Below are positions 19,293 to 28,614 of a stretch of DNA of 64,000 nucleotides, in pieces; the stretch's first letter is position 1; the number at the start of each line of letters is the position of its first letter. Under the pieces are notes generated by a model. The model did not search any database and had not been told where the DNA came from. It worked only from the letters and a program-made list of their open reading frames with translations. Source of the DNA: Gammaproteobacteria bacterium (GTDB lineage: Bacteria; Pseudomonadota; Gammaproteobacteria; Steroidobacterales; JABDKV01). The DNA is taken from positions 4,172-68,171 of the forward strand of contig JAHEKH010000002.1 of NCBI GenBank assembly GCA_024638445.1. The letters are read 5' to 3'. The translations under genes were made by a program, and so were the position numbers.

Positions 19293-20063
19293 ATGACTAG
19301 TTGTCGTCATCTGGCGGGAGTCGTGTTGATGGGTGTTTTGCTGCCCGTTTCCGCACTTGCGCAGATCAACCAGGTGCTCGCACAGGGCGAGGCACGCGCA
19401 AACGAGGGCGCCCAGGCCCAGCAACAGATCGAGCGTCTTGCCGACCAGGCCGGCGCTCTGTTAAACGAGTACCGCACGGAATTGAAGGTTGTTGATGGAC
19501 TGAATGTCTACAACGGTTTGCTCCAGAAGCAGATCGACAACCAGCAGAAAGAAATGACCGTGCTCAGTGAGTCCATTGAAAAGGTGTCGCTGATCGAACG
19601 CCAGATCAAGCCACTGATGATCAGCATGATCGATTCTCTGGAAGAGTTTGTGCGCCTGGACGTGCCTTTCCTGCCCGAAGAACGCAGCGATCGCGTTGAG
19701 CGGCTGCGACTGCTAATGGAGCGTTCCGACGTCACCGCCGCCGAACAGCTGCGCCGCGTGATGGAGGCCTACCAGATCGAAAACGAATACGGCCGCACCA
19801 TCGAAGACTACAAGGGCACCGTGGAAGTCGATGGTCAGCCTCGCGAAGTCGATTTCCTGCGTGTCGGCCGAATCGCGTTGCTGTACCAGTCGGTCGGTGG
19901 GCAGTTCACGGGCGCCTATAACAAGGAAACCGGACAGTTCGAAGAAATATCCCCGGCTCTTTACAAGGCACAGATGGCTAATGGCCTGCGTATTGCACGC
20001 AAGCAGAAGGCACCGGAACTCATGATCCTGCCGATACCGGCACCGAAGGGGGTGGGCCAATGA
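19293..20063 (+). CDS. DUF3450 family periplasmic coiled-coil protein (TtpB-like)
   Basis: Signal peptide, long coiled coil, and position as first gene of a TonB2-type cluster as in Vibrio ttpB (recalled synteny). Confidence 0.75.
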   Translation: MTSCRHLAGVVLMGVLLPVSALAQINQVLAQGEARANEGAQAQQQIERLADQAGALLNEYRTELKVVDGLNVYNGLLQKQIDNQQKEMTVLSESIEKVSLIERQIKPLMISMIDSLEEFVRLDVPFLPEERSDRVERLRLLMERSDVTAAEQLRRVMEAYQIENEYGRTIEDYKGTVEVDGQPREVDFLRVGRIALLYQSVGGQFTGAYNKETGQFEEISPALYKAQMANGLRIARKQKAPELMILPIPAPKGVGQ

Positions 20064-21421
20064 AATCATTAAAGGCTCTCTTGATTGGCGGTCTCGCTAC
20101 CGTCACGCTGGCCGCCCCGGTGGCCGTTTCCGCCCAGGCGATCAACCTCGACCAGCTGCTGCAGCAGGTGCGTTCGGGCCGGGCGGCGGACAACGCGGAA
20201 AACGCGCAGCGGATACAGGAATTCCGCAATAACCGTGCCCGCCAGCAGCAGCTGCTGGAGGAAGCAAAAAACCTGCGTGCCCAGGGCGAGCGGCGTTCGG
20301 CCGAGCTCGAGGCCCAGTTCGACGTCAACGACAAGGAAATCATAGAGCTCGACCTGGCGCTCCAGGAGCGGCTGGGTTCGCTCAAAGAGTTGTTCGGCGT
20401 GCTCCAGCAGACTGCCGGTGATGCGCGCGGCCAGTTCGAGGGCTCGCTCACCCAGCTGCAGTACCCGGACCGGTCTTCCTTCCTGACCGAGTTTGCGCAG
20501 AAGATGGGGCAGGGCAACCGGCTGGCATCGCTCGAGGAAATCGAGCGGCTGTGGTTTGAGCTGCAGCGCGAGATGACCGAGTCGGGCAAGACGGTGACCT
20601 TCCCGGCCAGGGTAATTGCCGCAAACGGCGACGAAGAGCAGCGTGACGTGACCCGGATTGGCCTGTTTAACGTCGTGTCGAACGGCAACTACATGCTGCA
20701 CCGGCCCGAGACCGGCAAGCTGATCGAGCTGGCGCGCCAACCGGCCGGCCGATACACCAACAAGATCAGTGACCTGGAGTCGGCCGATTCCGGCATGCAC
20801 CCGTTTGCAATCGATCCGCTGCGAGGTCAGCTGGTCGGCCTTCTTACCGAGGCGCCGAACATGAAGGAACGCATCAACCAGGGCGGCGTGATCGGTTACA
20901 TCATCATCGCTCTCGGCATCGTCGCCCTGCTGGTGGCACTGTGGCGGTTTTTCGCCCTGGCCGGCGTTGGCGCCAAGGTCCGCAGCCAGATGAAGAATCC
21001 GGACGATCCGGGCAACAACCCGCTGGGCCGTGTCCTGGCGACCTACAGCGACAACAAGGCGGCAGACGTCGAAACGTTGGAACTCAAGATGGGCGAGGCG
21101 ATCCTAAAAGAGACACCGAAGCTCAACAGCATGCTGACATTCCTGAAAATCATCGCTGCCGTTGCCCCGCTGATGGGTCTGCTGGGTACGGTGACCGGTA
21201 TGATCATCACCTTCCAGCAGATCACGCTGTTTGGCACCGGCGATCCCAAGCTGATGGCCGGCGGTATCTCGCAGGCGCTGGTGACGACGGTGCTCGGGCT
21301 GTGTGTCGCCATCCCGACGCTGTTCCTGCACACGCTGGTTTCGAGCCGGGCGAAGCAGATCAGTCAGGTACTGCAGGAGCAGGCTGCGGGCATCATTGCC
21401 CGGCAGGCTGAGGGCCGCTAG
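20060..21421 (+). CDS. Large MotA/TolQ/ExbB proton-channel family protein (TtpC-like)
   Basis: ATGA overlap with the upstream gene. Signal peptide plus periplasmic coiled coil, then C-terminal ExbB-type TM helices (LLGTVTGMIITFQ). Confidence 0.85.
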   Translation: MKSLKALLIGGLATVTLAAPVAVSAQAINLDQLLQQVRSGRAADNAENAQRIQEFRNNRARQQQLLEEAKNLRAQGERRSAELEAQFDVNDKEIIELDLALQERLGSLKELFGVLQQTAGDARGQFEGSLTQLQYPDRSSFLTEFAQKMGQGNRLASLEEIERLWFELQREMTESGKTVTFPARVIAANGDEEQRDVTRIGLFNVVSNGNYMLHRPETGKLIELARQPAGRYTNKISDLESADSGMHPFAIDPLRGQLVGLLTEAPNMKERINQGGVIGYIIIALGIVALLVALWRFFALAGVGAKVRSQMKNPDDPGNNPLGRVLATYSDNKAADVETLELKMGEAILKETPKLNSMLTFLKIIAAVAPLMGLLGTVTGMIITFQQITLFGTGDPKLMAGGISQALVTTVLGLCVAIPTLFLHTLVSSRAKQISQVLQEQAAGIIARQAEGR

Positions 21422-21423
21422 GC

Positions 21424-21960
21424 GTGGAGACGCTCTACTACTACCTGCCGGCACTCGAGGGCGTTCGCGACTTCATGGAGCTGGGTGGCCAGGTCCTGGT
21501 GCTCATCGCCATCCTGACGCTGGTGATGTGGGCCCTGATCTTCGAGCGCATTTTCTTCTTTCGTGCCCGCTATCCCGGCATGGTTCGAAAGGCGCTGGGT
21601 ATCTGGGAAGGGCGTCCCGAGCGCGATTCCTGGCATGCTCACCGGGTGCGCGAAGAGCTGATATCCGTTGTCGGCCAATCGCTGGACCAGAACCTCGCGC
21701 TGCTAAAGACCTGCGTTGCACTGTGTCCACTGATGGGCCTGCTGGGTACCGTCACGGGCATGATCAGCGTATTCGAGGTCATGGCGCTGCACGGATCGGG
21801 TAACCCGCGGTCGATGGCCGCGGGTGTTTCCATGGCAACCGTGCCCACGATGGCGGGCATGGTCGCAGCGCTGTCCGGGCTGGCGATGAGCGCCTGGCTC
21901 GACCAGAAAGCATTCCGCGAGCGCGAGCTCCTGGCCGAACACATGACCATGGATCACTGA
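21424..21960 (+). CDS. exbB: ExbB/TolQ family proton channel
   Basis: 178 aa, GTG start. LMGLLGTVTGMISVFEVM motif. Confidence 0.85.
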   Translation: METLYYYLPALEGVRDFMELGGQVLVLIAILTLVMWALIFERIFFFRARYPGMVRKALGIWEGRPERDSWHAHRVREELISVVGQSLDQNLALLKTCVALCPLMGLLGTVTGMISVFEVMALHGSGNPRSMAAGVSMATVPTMAGMVAALSGLAMSAWLDQKAFRERELLAEHMTMDH

Positions 21961-21987
21961 TCCACGGACTCAACAGAGAACTGAATC

Positions 21988-22389
21988 ATGAGAAAACTGT
22001 TTGACAACGTCGAGGAAGAGGAATCGAGGATCGACATTACGCCCATGCTGGACGTTGTGTTCATCCTGTTGATTTTCTTCATCGTTACGGCAACGTTCAT
22101 TAAGGAAGCCGGTATCGAGGTCAATCGCCCGGACGCTGCAACTGCAGAGGTCCAGGAGAAGGCCAATATTCTCATCGCTATTACCGCGACCGATGAAATC
22201 TGGATCAACCGCCGAAAAGTGGATATTCGCCAGATACGGCCCAATATCGAGCGGCTGCATGCGGAAAATCCGCAGGGCACGGTGGTTATCCAGGCCGACA
22301 AGGATTCGCGTAACGAAATGCTGGTCAAGGTGATGGATGCATCGCGTTCGGCCGGTGTCTACAACATCGCGATCGCGGCGAACGACTAG
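21988..22389 (+). CDS. exbD: Biopolymer transport protein ExbD
   Basis: 133 aa. IDITPMLDVVFILLIFFIVT N-terminal TM with the conserved Asp. Confidence 0.9.
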   Translation: MRKLFDNVEEEESRIDITPMLDVVFILLIFFIVTATFIKEAGIEVNRPDAATAEVQEKANILIAITATDEIWINRRKVDIRQIRPNIERLHAENPQGTVVIQADKDSRNEMLVKVMDASRSAGVYNIAIAAND

Positions 22390-22405
22390 AACGAGGTAAA
22401 CCGTC

Positions 22406-23083
22406 ATGGCTGCAAGTGGCGAAACGGTAAGGTCCCAGGCGCTCGAGCTGCGTGGCTCGGGGGCCGGCATGGCTGCCCGGCTCGGTATCGGGCTGTTGCT
22501 GGGTGTATTTGTAACGACCGGGTTGCTGTGGACGATGCAGTACCTGATCGCAACCGGTGAAGACAAGCTCGGCGAAGACCGCAGTGTCCGGTTGGTGGAC
22601 TTCGTCCGCCTGAAACGCTCGGAGTTTGCCCAGCGACGCGAAATCAAGCCGGAAAAACCGCCGGCGCCAGAGGCGCCGCCGGACACGCCACCGACGCCGA
22701 AACTGGATGACGTCAACGCCTCGGCCGACAAGATTGCGATCAGCGCCGTTCCGGTCGAGACCAACATCGAGCTCAGTGGCGCCGGGTTCAGCCTGGGCGT
22801 CGGCGAGGGGGACTACCTGCCAATCGTGAAGGTCGCGCCGATCTATCCCGACCGGGCGCTGTCGCGAGGTATCGAAGGTTTCTGCATCGTGGAGTACACC
22901 GTGACCCGCAACGGCACCGTGCGCGACCCACGGATCATCGAAGACCAGTGTACGAGCTCGCTGTTCCACCGTGCGTCGCTGCAGGCGGCGCTGAAGTTCA
23001 AGTACAAGCCGAGAGTCGTCGATGGCGTGGCAATCGAGGTCCCCGGCGTACAGAACATGTTCACCTACAAGATCGAAAACTGA
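22406..23083 (+). CDS. tonB: Energy transducer TonB
   Basis: N-terminal TM, Pro-rich spacer KPEKPPAPEAPPDTPPTPK, C-terminal domain YPDRALSRGIEGFCIVEYTVTRNGTV. RBS gaggt. Confidence 0.85.
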   Translation: MAASGETVRSQALELRGSGAGMAARLGIGLLLGVFVTTGLLWTMQYLIATGEDKLGEDRSVRLVDFVRLKRSEFAQRREIKPEKPPAPEAPPDTPPTPKLDDVNASADKIAISAVPVETNIELSGAGFSLGVGEGDYLPIVKVAPIYPDRALSRGIEGFCIVEYTVTRNGTVRDPRIIEDQCTSSLFHRASLQAALKFKYKPRVVDGVAIEVPGVQNMFTYKIEN

Positions 23084-23087
23084 GGTC

Positions 23088-24389
23088 ATGCCAATGCGCA
23101 GGCTGCTGTCCGTACTCATAGCAATCTTCATTCCTGTTGGCGTTTTTGCCCAGGGGGAACAGGAAACCAAGCAAACCGTGGCGATGAGCCAGTCGGTTTA
23201 CGAAGAGCTGCAGGAATCACAGGTCCTCGCCGAGGAAGAGCGATACTCCGAGGTGCACAAGAAGCTGGCAAAATTGCGGGAGAAGCGCGGCCTGTCGAAC
23301 TACGAGATCGCCCAGATCTGGAACCTGGATGCCTACACCTATTACCAGGAAGAACGCTATACCAATGCGATCAATGCCTACGAGAACCTCTTGGCGCAGG
23401 GGGAATTGCCGGAGGCGCTGATCCAGTCGACCCTCAAGACCATGGCGCAGCTGTATTTCACGGAGGAAAAGTATGATGACGCCCTGCGCACCGTGCAGCG
23501 GCTGATGGACATGCTCGATGACCCCAGCCCGGACGTCTACATGCTGCTCGGTCAGGCCTATTTCCAGAAGGGCGACTACAGTCGCGCCCTCGGTCCCATC
23601 AAGACGGGTATCGACAAGTACCGCGCCCAGGGCCGTACTCCGAAAGAAAACTGGTTGCTCCTGTTGCGCGTCATCTACTACGAGCAAAAGGACTACCGGA
23701 ACATGGTCGCGGTGCTCAAGGAACTGCTTCGCTACTACCCGAAAGACCGTTACGTCCTGACGCTGGCGGCCGCCTACAGCGAACTTGGCGACACCAAGAA
23801 GCAGCTGGTGCTGACCGAGGCGCTTTACGAGGCCGGCAAGCTGGAGACGTCGAACCACCTGACCAACATGGCAAACCTTTACCTGATGCATGACCTGCCC
23901 TACAAGGCGGCGAAGGTGCTGGAGAAGGAGATGGATTCCGGGCGCATCGACACCAATGAGCGGAACCTGAGGCTCATGTCCCAGGCCTGGTACCAGGCCC
24001 GCGAAGACGAGAAAGCCATTCCGCCGTTACGCCGGGCCGCTGAAATGTCGGGCGACGGCGAGCTCTACGTCCGGCTGGCCCAGGCCCATATCAACCTGGA
24101 GCAGTGGGAGCCGGCGGCAGAGGCCATCCAGGAGGGCCTGAGGCGTGGTGGCGTCAAGCGGCCCGATACCGCGAATGTCATGCTCGGCATGGCGCTGTTC
24201 AACCAGAAGAAGCTCCGCGGTGCGCGCCAGGCATTCGCGGCCGCGCAGTCGGACAGCCGCAGCGCGCGGGTTGCCCGGCAGTGGATGAACCACGTCGATA
24301 GCGAAATCGAACGAGCCCAGACGCTCCAGCAGGAAGTGCCGACCCAGGCACCGCGCGAAGTGGACGAGATGCTCCGCGACGCGGGTTGA
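23088..24389 (+). CDS. Periplasmic TPR repeat protein (TtpD-like)
   Basis: Internal ATG at 23088 gives signal peptide MPMRRLLSVLIAIFIPVGVFAQ. Multiple TPR-like helices. Last gene of the TonB2-type cluster. Confidence 0.75.
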   Translation: MPMRRLLSVLIAIFIPVGVFAQGEQETKQTVAMSQSVYEELQESQVLAEEERYSEVHKKLAKLREKRGLSNYEIAQIWNLDAYTYYQEERYTNAINAYENLLAQGELPEALIQSTLKTMAQLYFTEEKYDDALRTVQRLMDMLDDPSPDVYMLLGQAYFQKGDYSRALGPIKTGIDKYRAQGRTPKENWLLLLRVIYYEQKDYRNMVAVLKELLRYYPKDRYVLTLAAAYSELGDTKKQLVLTEALYEAGKLETSNHLTNMANLYLMHDLPYKAAKVLEKEMDSGRIDTNERNLRLMSQAWYQAREDEKAIPPLRRAAEMSGDGELYVRLAQAHINLEQWEPAAEAIQEGLRRGGVKRPDTANVMLGMALFNQKKLRGARQAFAAAQSDSRSARVARQWMNHVDSEIERAQTLQQEVPTQAPREVDEMLRDAG

Positions 24390-24443
24390 TGCATTGCGGC
24401 CAGGTCGGGCGGGTCCCGGAATCCAGGTCGCTCGCGTCCTGAA

Positions 24444-25013
24444 ATGAACGGCGATCCGGTCAGCCGTCGGGGATTCCTCAAGCTGACCGGCTCAACGCTG
24501 GGCGCCGGCTGGCTGTCGGCTCACTGGCCAGCGGTGCTGGCGCTTGGTCAGGCCGCCTGCAGCGCGAGGGACGCGGCGACTCCTTTTCGTAATCTCGATG
24601 CGCTGACGGCAGCCGATCTGGAGGCAGTCGCGGCGCAAATTATTCCGACTGACGAAACAGGCCCCGGTGCCCGCGAGGCGGGTGTCATCTATTTTATCGA
24701 TGGCGCCCTGGAGACGGTCATGAAGGGTGCCGGTGGCTTCCTGGCCGATGGTGCGGCCCGACTCGGCGATATTGCCCGCGATCGTTACGGCAAGGCGCGT
24801 TTCTCCGAGCACGACGACGACGCGCAGCTCACAATCTTGCGTGACGAGGAACAGACCGGATTTTTTGGCGCGATGAAGTTCCTGACCGTCACGGGAATGT
24901 TTGCGATGCCCTCGCATGGGGGTAATCACGGCAAGATTGGCTGGACGTTGCTGGGTTTCGACAGTCGCCACGGCTGGCTTCCGCCCTTCGGGCATTATGA
25001 CGCCGATGCCTAG
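24444..25013 (+). CDS. Gluconate 2-dehydrogenase subunit 3 family protein (Tat signal)
   Basis: SRRGFLKLTGSTLGAG Tat leader. Small subunit typically paired with periplasmic GMC/FAD dehydrogenases. Confidence 0.7.
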   Translation: MNGDPVSRRGFLKLTGSTLGAGWLSAHWPAVLALGQAACSARDAATPFRNLDALTAADLEAVAAQIIPTDETGPGAREAGVIYFIDGALETVMKGAGGFLADGAARLGDIARDRYGKARFSEHDDDAQLTILRDEEQTGFFGAMKFLTVTGMFAMPSHGGNHGKIGWTLLGFDSRHGWLPPFGHYDADA

Positions 25014-26673
25014 CGCCGGCGCCGCTTACGCCACCCGCGACGAAGTCGACTTCGTGATCGTCGGCTCGGGTGCGGCCGGTGGCGTGCTGGCACGGGAACT
25101 GGCTACGGCCGGTTTCAGTGTTGTCGTGCTGGAACAGGGGCCCTATCGGAAGGCGTCCGACTTCAGCCACGACGAGTTCAGCCACTTCTTTCGCAACGAA
25201 ATGGTCGGTGGATCCGATGGCGAGTATCCGCAGACTTTTCGCGCCAACGCTGCAGACGAGGCGGTGGCTGCTACGGGTCTGCCGCCTGCCCTGTACGCCC
25301 GGACGGTCGGTGGTTCGAGCGTGCATTATTCGGGCAACTACTGGCGCTTTCGCCCGATCGACTTCAAAGAGCGGAGCGCACTGGGTGCCATCGGCGGCAC
25401 CGGTTTCGCCGACTGGCCACTCGACTACGAGGAACTCGAGCCGTATTACACGAAGGTAGACTGGGAGATTGGCGTCTCCGGCGCGCCCGGGCCGGGCGAC
25501 CCGCCGCGCTCCCGGCCGTACCCGGTGCCACCGTTGCCGGTCAAGTCCTCGGGTGTATTGTTCGAGCGTGGCGCAAGAGCCATCGGCCTGAATCCACAAC
25601 CGGCGCCGATGGCAATCCTGTCTGAAGCGTATCGCGGCCGGCCGGCCTGCATGCACTGTGGTTTCTGCCTGGGATTCGGCTGCGAAATGAACGCCAAGTC
25701 GTCGACGCTTGCCACGATGATTCCGGAGGCCGAGGCGACCGGTCATTGCGAGATACGCAGCGAGGCGACCGTTTTCCACCTCGAAACCGACGACCACGGG
25801 CGGATTCGCGACGTGCTGTACTTCGATGCCGACGGCAACGAGCAGGGCCAGCGCTGCCGTGCCGCCATCGTGGCCGCCAACGGCGCCGAGACTCCCCGGC
25901 TGTTACTGTTGTCGTCATCTTCCCGCCACCCCGCCGGGCTGGCCAATTCCAGCGGGCTGGTCGGCAAGTACCTGATGTTTAACGGACACGCCGTGGCGAA
26001 CGCCGTGTTCGAGCATCCGTTGAACGAATACAAGAGCGTGCAGTGCACCCGGATAGCGCTGGATTACTGGGACAACGATCCGCAGCGCGGGTTTTACGGC
26101 GGCGGCGGTCTCGACGGACGGCCGTTTCTCTATTCATTCCCGATATTGTTTGCGCTGATGGGAATGCCGCCCGATGTTCCGGCCTGGGGCCGCGAGTACA
26201 AGCGGGCACTGGCGAATAACTTCACCCGCAATATGTCCGTGCTTTGCAGCACCACCTCGTTGCCGGTCGAGAGCAATGCCATCAGCCTGGATCCGGGGGC
26301 GCGTGATCGATTCGGGTTACCGGCGCTGCGGGTGACTTATACCGACCATGACGACGACCTGGCGATGTGCCGGTTCCTGCAGGATCGTGCCATCGAGCTG
26401 CTCGAGGCCGCCGGCGCGGAGAAAGCCTGGCGCGAGCCCGTGATACCGCAGACGATGGGGGCGCACCTGCTGGGAACCTGCCGGATGGGTAACGACCCTG
26501 AAACGTCGGTGGTGGACCGGTACCATCGCAGCCACGATGTGCCAAACCTCTTTGTTTGTGACGGCAGCAGTTTTGTCACCTCGGGTCGCGGTCAACCGAC
26601 CATGACGATCCAGGCGCTGGCATTCCGTGCTGCGGAACACATTGCCGGGTTCGCCCGGAACGGGAATATCTGA
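24997..26673 (+). CDS. GMC family FAD-dependent oxidoreductase
   Basis: Start at ATG 24997 (or 25006), overlapping the upstream stop. DFVIVGSGAAGG dinucleotide fold and a C-terminal GMC domain (HLLGTCRMG). Confidence 0.9.
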   Translation: MTPMPSAGAAYATRDEVDFVIVGSGAAGGVLARELATAGFSVVVLEQGPYRKASDFSHDEFSHFFRNEMVGGSDGEYPQTFRANAADEAVAATGLPPALYARTVGGSSVHYSGNYWRFRPIDFKERSALGAIGGTGFADWPLDYEELEPYYTKVDWEIGVSGAPGPGDPPRSRPYPVPPLPVKSSGVLFERGARAIGLNPQPAPMAILSEAYRGRPACMHCGFCLGFGCEMNAKSSTLATMIPEAEATGHCEIRSEATVFHLETDDHGRIRDVLYFDADGNEQGQRCRAAIVAANGAETPRLLLLSSSSRHPAGLANSSGLVGKYLMFNGHAVANAVFEHPLNEYKSVQCTRIALDYWDNDPQRGFYGGGGLDGRPFLYSFPILFALMGMPPDVPAWGREYKRALANNFTRNMSVLCSTTSLPVESNAISLDPGARDRFGLPALRVTYTDHDDDLAMCRFLQDRAIELLEAAGAEKAWREPVIPQTMGAHLLGTCRMGNDPETSVVDRYHRSHDVPNLFVCDGSSFVTSGRGQPTMTIQALAFRAAEHIAGFARNGNI

Positions 26674-26685
26674 AAGGAGCCGCTG

Positions 26686-27144
26686 ATGCGTTTTTGTCTC
26701 TTGGCGATGTCACTTATCATCCTGGCCGGTTGCGCAACCACCGCGGGCGATGATCCGGCTGCGTCACGGACCGAGTTCCTGAATTCGCCTGATATGCCGC
26801 CGGGGCTGCCGTTTTCCGATGCCGTGCGGGTCGGAAAACTGTTGTTTCTCTCGGGCAAGATCGGGATCGTTCCCGGCACGCGAAACCTGGCGCGCGGCGG
26901 TATCCAGCCCGAGACCCGCCAGACCATGGACAATATCAGGGCCTCACTGGAGCGTTACGGAGCCGGCATGGACCAGGTGGTCAAGTGCACGGTGTTTCTC
27001 GCAGATATGGCGGAATGGCCGGCCATGAACGAGGTCTATGCGGAATTTTTTCCCGGCAACAAGCCGGCGCGCAGCGCACTCGGCGCCAGTGGGCTCGCGC
27101 TCGATGCCCGGGTCGAGATCGAGTGCATCGCTGCCCTGGACTGA
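26686..27144 (+). CDS. RidA/YjgF family protein with lipoprotein signal
   Basis: MRFCLLAMSLIILAGC lipobox. RidA body (FLSGKIG, VKCTVFLADM, ARSALGASGLALDARVEIECIA). Confidence 0.85.
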   Translation: MRFCLLAMSLIILAGCATTAGDDPAASRTEFLNSPDMPPGLPFSDAVRVGKLLFLSGKIGIVPGTRNLARGGIQPETRQTMDNIRASLERYGAGMDQVVKCTVFLADMAEWPAMNEVYAEFFPGNKPARSALGASGLALDARVEIECIAALD

Positions 27145-27162
27145 TTCGGACGCCGAACCGCG

Positions 27163-28614
27163 CTAGTCCCTGAGCTTCGAGACGAAAGTCGCGAGCTGAT
27201 TTTCGAAACGCCGCCAGCGTTGCAGCGAATCGCGGTAAACGGGACGGTTGACCTGGCCACGGCTGGAGGTTTCCACCGGCCGGCTGCTGGACGCAAAGCC
27301 GAGACAACGCTCATCCCAGGAAAGCCCGATGTGGTCGAGCAGCAGCCGCAGCTGCGCTTCCGGGTCATCCACCAGGTCCTCGTAGCGCAGTTCTGCGATT
27401 CGCCCGGGAAAGAGGTTTTGCCAGTGACTCATTAACCGGCGATGGAGGCGCAAGGCCTCAGCCAGTTCATCGAGGTCGTAAACCCAGGGCTGGCCCTCGC
27501 GAAAAGCGGTGGTAAAACAGGAAATTGCCATGTCCTCGGGATTTCGCGTGCAGTAGACGATCTTCGCCCGTGGCAGCGCATTGGCTATAGCGCCAAGGCA
27601 AAAATAGTTGAACAGCTGCTTGTCGACGACCCGTGAGTGAAAACCGGCCTGTGCGCGGATGCCGTCCACGTAGTGCCGGCCGATATCCCGCCACAGCGGA
27701 TCGGCGGAGCCGGGCAGCGGCACCTGTGCCGAGCCGGTCATCAGCGTCGTTCCGAGATGATGGTCGAGGGACCTGAAGAACTGCGGCGTTTCACCCGCCG
27801 CACCGATTTCCGGGTGGCAGGACAGCATGTGCTCGAGGAGCGTAGAGCCGCTGCGGGGCATGCCGACCAGGAACACCGGCATATCGCTGTCGAAGCCTGT
27901 CGCCGCATCACGGTACCGGGTGGCGTCGAACCGGGCGATCAGCCAATCGACCTGGCGCTGCTCGTTGGCTATATCAAAGTCGAACTCCGCACGGCGCAGC
28001 CGGTTGGCCTCAGTGTAGGCCTCAAACGCCTCCTCGTATTCGCCGGTCTGCTCGAGCGCCCGTCCGAGCGCAAATAGCAGGCGGCTGCGCTGCCGAGGTT
28101 TCAGCCGCAGCTGGAGCGCGTCGCGCAGCTGGCCGAGGTGCGGGTCGTCGGGTTCGTAGGTCTTGAGAGTCGACAGCAGGTAATGCGCCGCCGCGTTGTC
28201 GGGCGCCAGGCGCACGGCCAGCTCCAGCTCGGGAATCGCCTCTTCGGTTCGGCCAACAGTCGACAGCGCCCAGCCATGACGATGGCGTACAGCTGCATTG
28301 TCGGGGTCGACCGCAATAGCCCGCTGGAAAATGGGGAGGGCATCGTGAAAATGACCCGACCGGCAGAGGAAAACTGCGAGACTCAGCCAGGTTCGGACGT
28401 CACCGGGAAAAGCTTCCGTGGTCGACTCGAGTAAATCCCGGGTTTCCTCGAGCCGGCCCGCGCGCCAGTAAACGTTGGCAACCTGGACAGCGGTTTGTGC
28501 ATCGCCGGGCCGGGCCAGCGTCGAGCGCAACCGCTGCTCCTCCTCCCGGTGACCCGTCCGCACCGCAGCTTCCAGCTGCTGGAGCAGGCCCGCGGTTCCG
28601 GGTCCTGGCGTCAT
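27163..28614 (-). CDS. TPR repeat-containing sulfotransferase
   Basis: N-terminal TPR repeats. PAPS 5'-phosphosulfate loop MPRSGSTLLEHML. ATGA overlap with the upstream MscS gene. Confidence 0.8.
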   Translation of the reverse strand: MTPGPGTAGLLQQLEAAVRTGHREEEQRLRSTLARPGDAQTAVQVANVYWRAGRLEETRDLLESTTEAFPGDVRTWLSLAVFLCRSGHFHDALPIFQRAIAVDPDNAAVRHRHGWALSTVGRTEEAIPELELAVRLAPDNAAAHYLLSTLKTYEPDDPHLGQLRDALQLRLKPRQRSRLLFALGRALEQTGEYEEAFEAYTEANRLRRAEFDFDIANEQRQVDWLIARFDATRYRDAATGFDSDMPVFLVGMPRSGSTLLEHMLSCHPEIGAAGETPQFFRSLDHHLGTTLMTGSAQVPLPGSADPLWRDIGRHYVDGIRAQAGFHSRVVDKQLFNYFCLGAIANALPRAKIVYCTRNPEDMAISCFTTAFREGQPWVYDLDELAEALRLHRRLMSHWQNLFPGRIAELRYEDLVDDPEAQLRLLLDHIGLSWDERCLGFASSSRPVETSSRGQVNRPVYRDSLQRWRRFENQLATFVSKLRD

